Of a stretch of 36,867 bases of DNA, positions 36,343-36,867 are shown piece after piece. Under the pieces are notes generated by a model. The model saw nothing but the letters and a program-made list of their open reading frames with translations. It was not told where the DNA came from and did not search any database. Made by a program: the position numbers and the translations under genes. Source of the DNA: Nemertoderma westbladi (taxonomy: Eukaryota; Animalia; Xenacoelomorpha); the NCBI GenBank assembly GCA_032718475.1, contig JAUCBJ010004738.1:1-36867 (forward strand), given 5' to 3'. Every line of letters starts with the position of its first letter. The first letter of the stretch is position 1.

Positions 36343-36658
36343 ACAAGCAGGTTGCGTGAATCCATGTTTTATGTATGAAATACAATTATTATCTTCTAAT
36401 TATCTAATGTACTGTACGTTTTAGTCTATTAACATTTTACCATTTGTTTATAAGTTTACTGTGCTACTATTTCTTACTAAGTATGATGTATGTACTAGCG
36501 TCTCGTGCTTCGCCTTAATATATTTTTCCTACATTAATTGATGTTACTTGTGGTTTATCGTGCTTGTATGTATTGTGTATGTTATGTATTAATAATTAGT
36601 CGACTGTTTTACTATGGGCGTACGTTAGCCTGGATTAAAGAATATAAAAAAAAATAAA
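36343..36658 (+). other. LINE 3' UTR and A-rich tail
   Basis: T-rich UTR, small stem-loop GGGC-GTACGTTA-GCCT (36616-31), ATTAAA (36634-39) and an A-rich tail to 36658. Confidence 0.7.
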
Positions 36659-36867
36659 GTAGGTCTACTGTATGATTTGTAATAAGCAGCCTACAGTAGG
36701 TTTACATTACATTATACAGTATTAAAGTAGGCCTTACATGATTCGTATAAGTTTGATTTAATGAGTCATGTTAACCCTATTACATTACATATTACATAGT
36801 ACAATTTAATAACCCGAGTAACAGATTTACAGCATTACTATAATACTAATTTCTTTAATTATATTTA

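Larger units (their letters stand above)
28000..36658 (+). mobile_element. Non-LTR retrotransposon (LINE; ORF1 + APE-RT ORF2), best guess RTEX/RTE-X clade, with two nested DNA transposons; 5' boundary approximate
   Basis: ORF1 remnants, an AT-rich inter-ORF spacer (32646-32784), an APE-RT ORF2 and an AT-rich 3' UTR ending ATTAAAGAATATAAAAAAAAATAAA. No convincing TSD found. Clade assignment is from recalled motif style and is less certain than the LINE call. Confidence 0.92.

Overview
This is eukaryotic, probably invertebrate-animal, heterochromatin-like DNA with no host gene. Bases 1-26642 are one uninterrupted array of about 580 copies of a 46-bp satellite. Its variants form local domains and multimer duplications (14-, 27-, 16-, 13- and 4/5-mers), and the array ends abruptly at a GC-rich hairpin module. 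About 1.4 kb of flank follows, with a perfect (AAAAAGGC)n microsatellite and a probable decayed RT relic. The rest is a nearly full-length two-ORF non-LTR retrotransposon on the + strand (ORF1 plus an open 957-aa APE-RT ORF2; best guess RTEX clade) carrying two nested DNA transposons. The first is an apparently complete 3010-bp Sola1 element (27-bp TIRs, AAAT TSD, open 695-aa transposase) that splits the ORF1 RRM-like domain. The second is a 683-bp non-autonomous element with ~133-bp TIRs inserted exactly at the ORF2 stop codon. I found no convincing new protein-based system. The most interesting open leads are a possible rolling-circle-element origin for the satellite and the precisely reconstructable nested-insertion history. 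Family names come from motif recall, not database searches.
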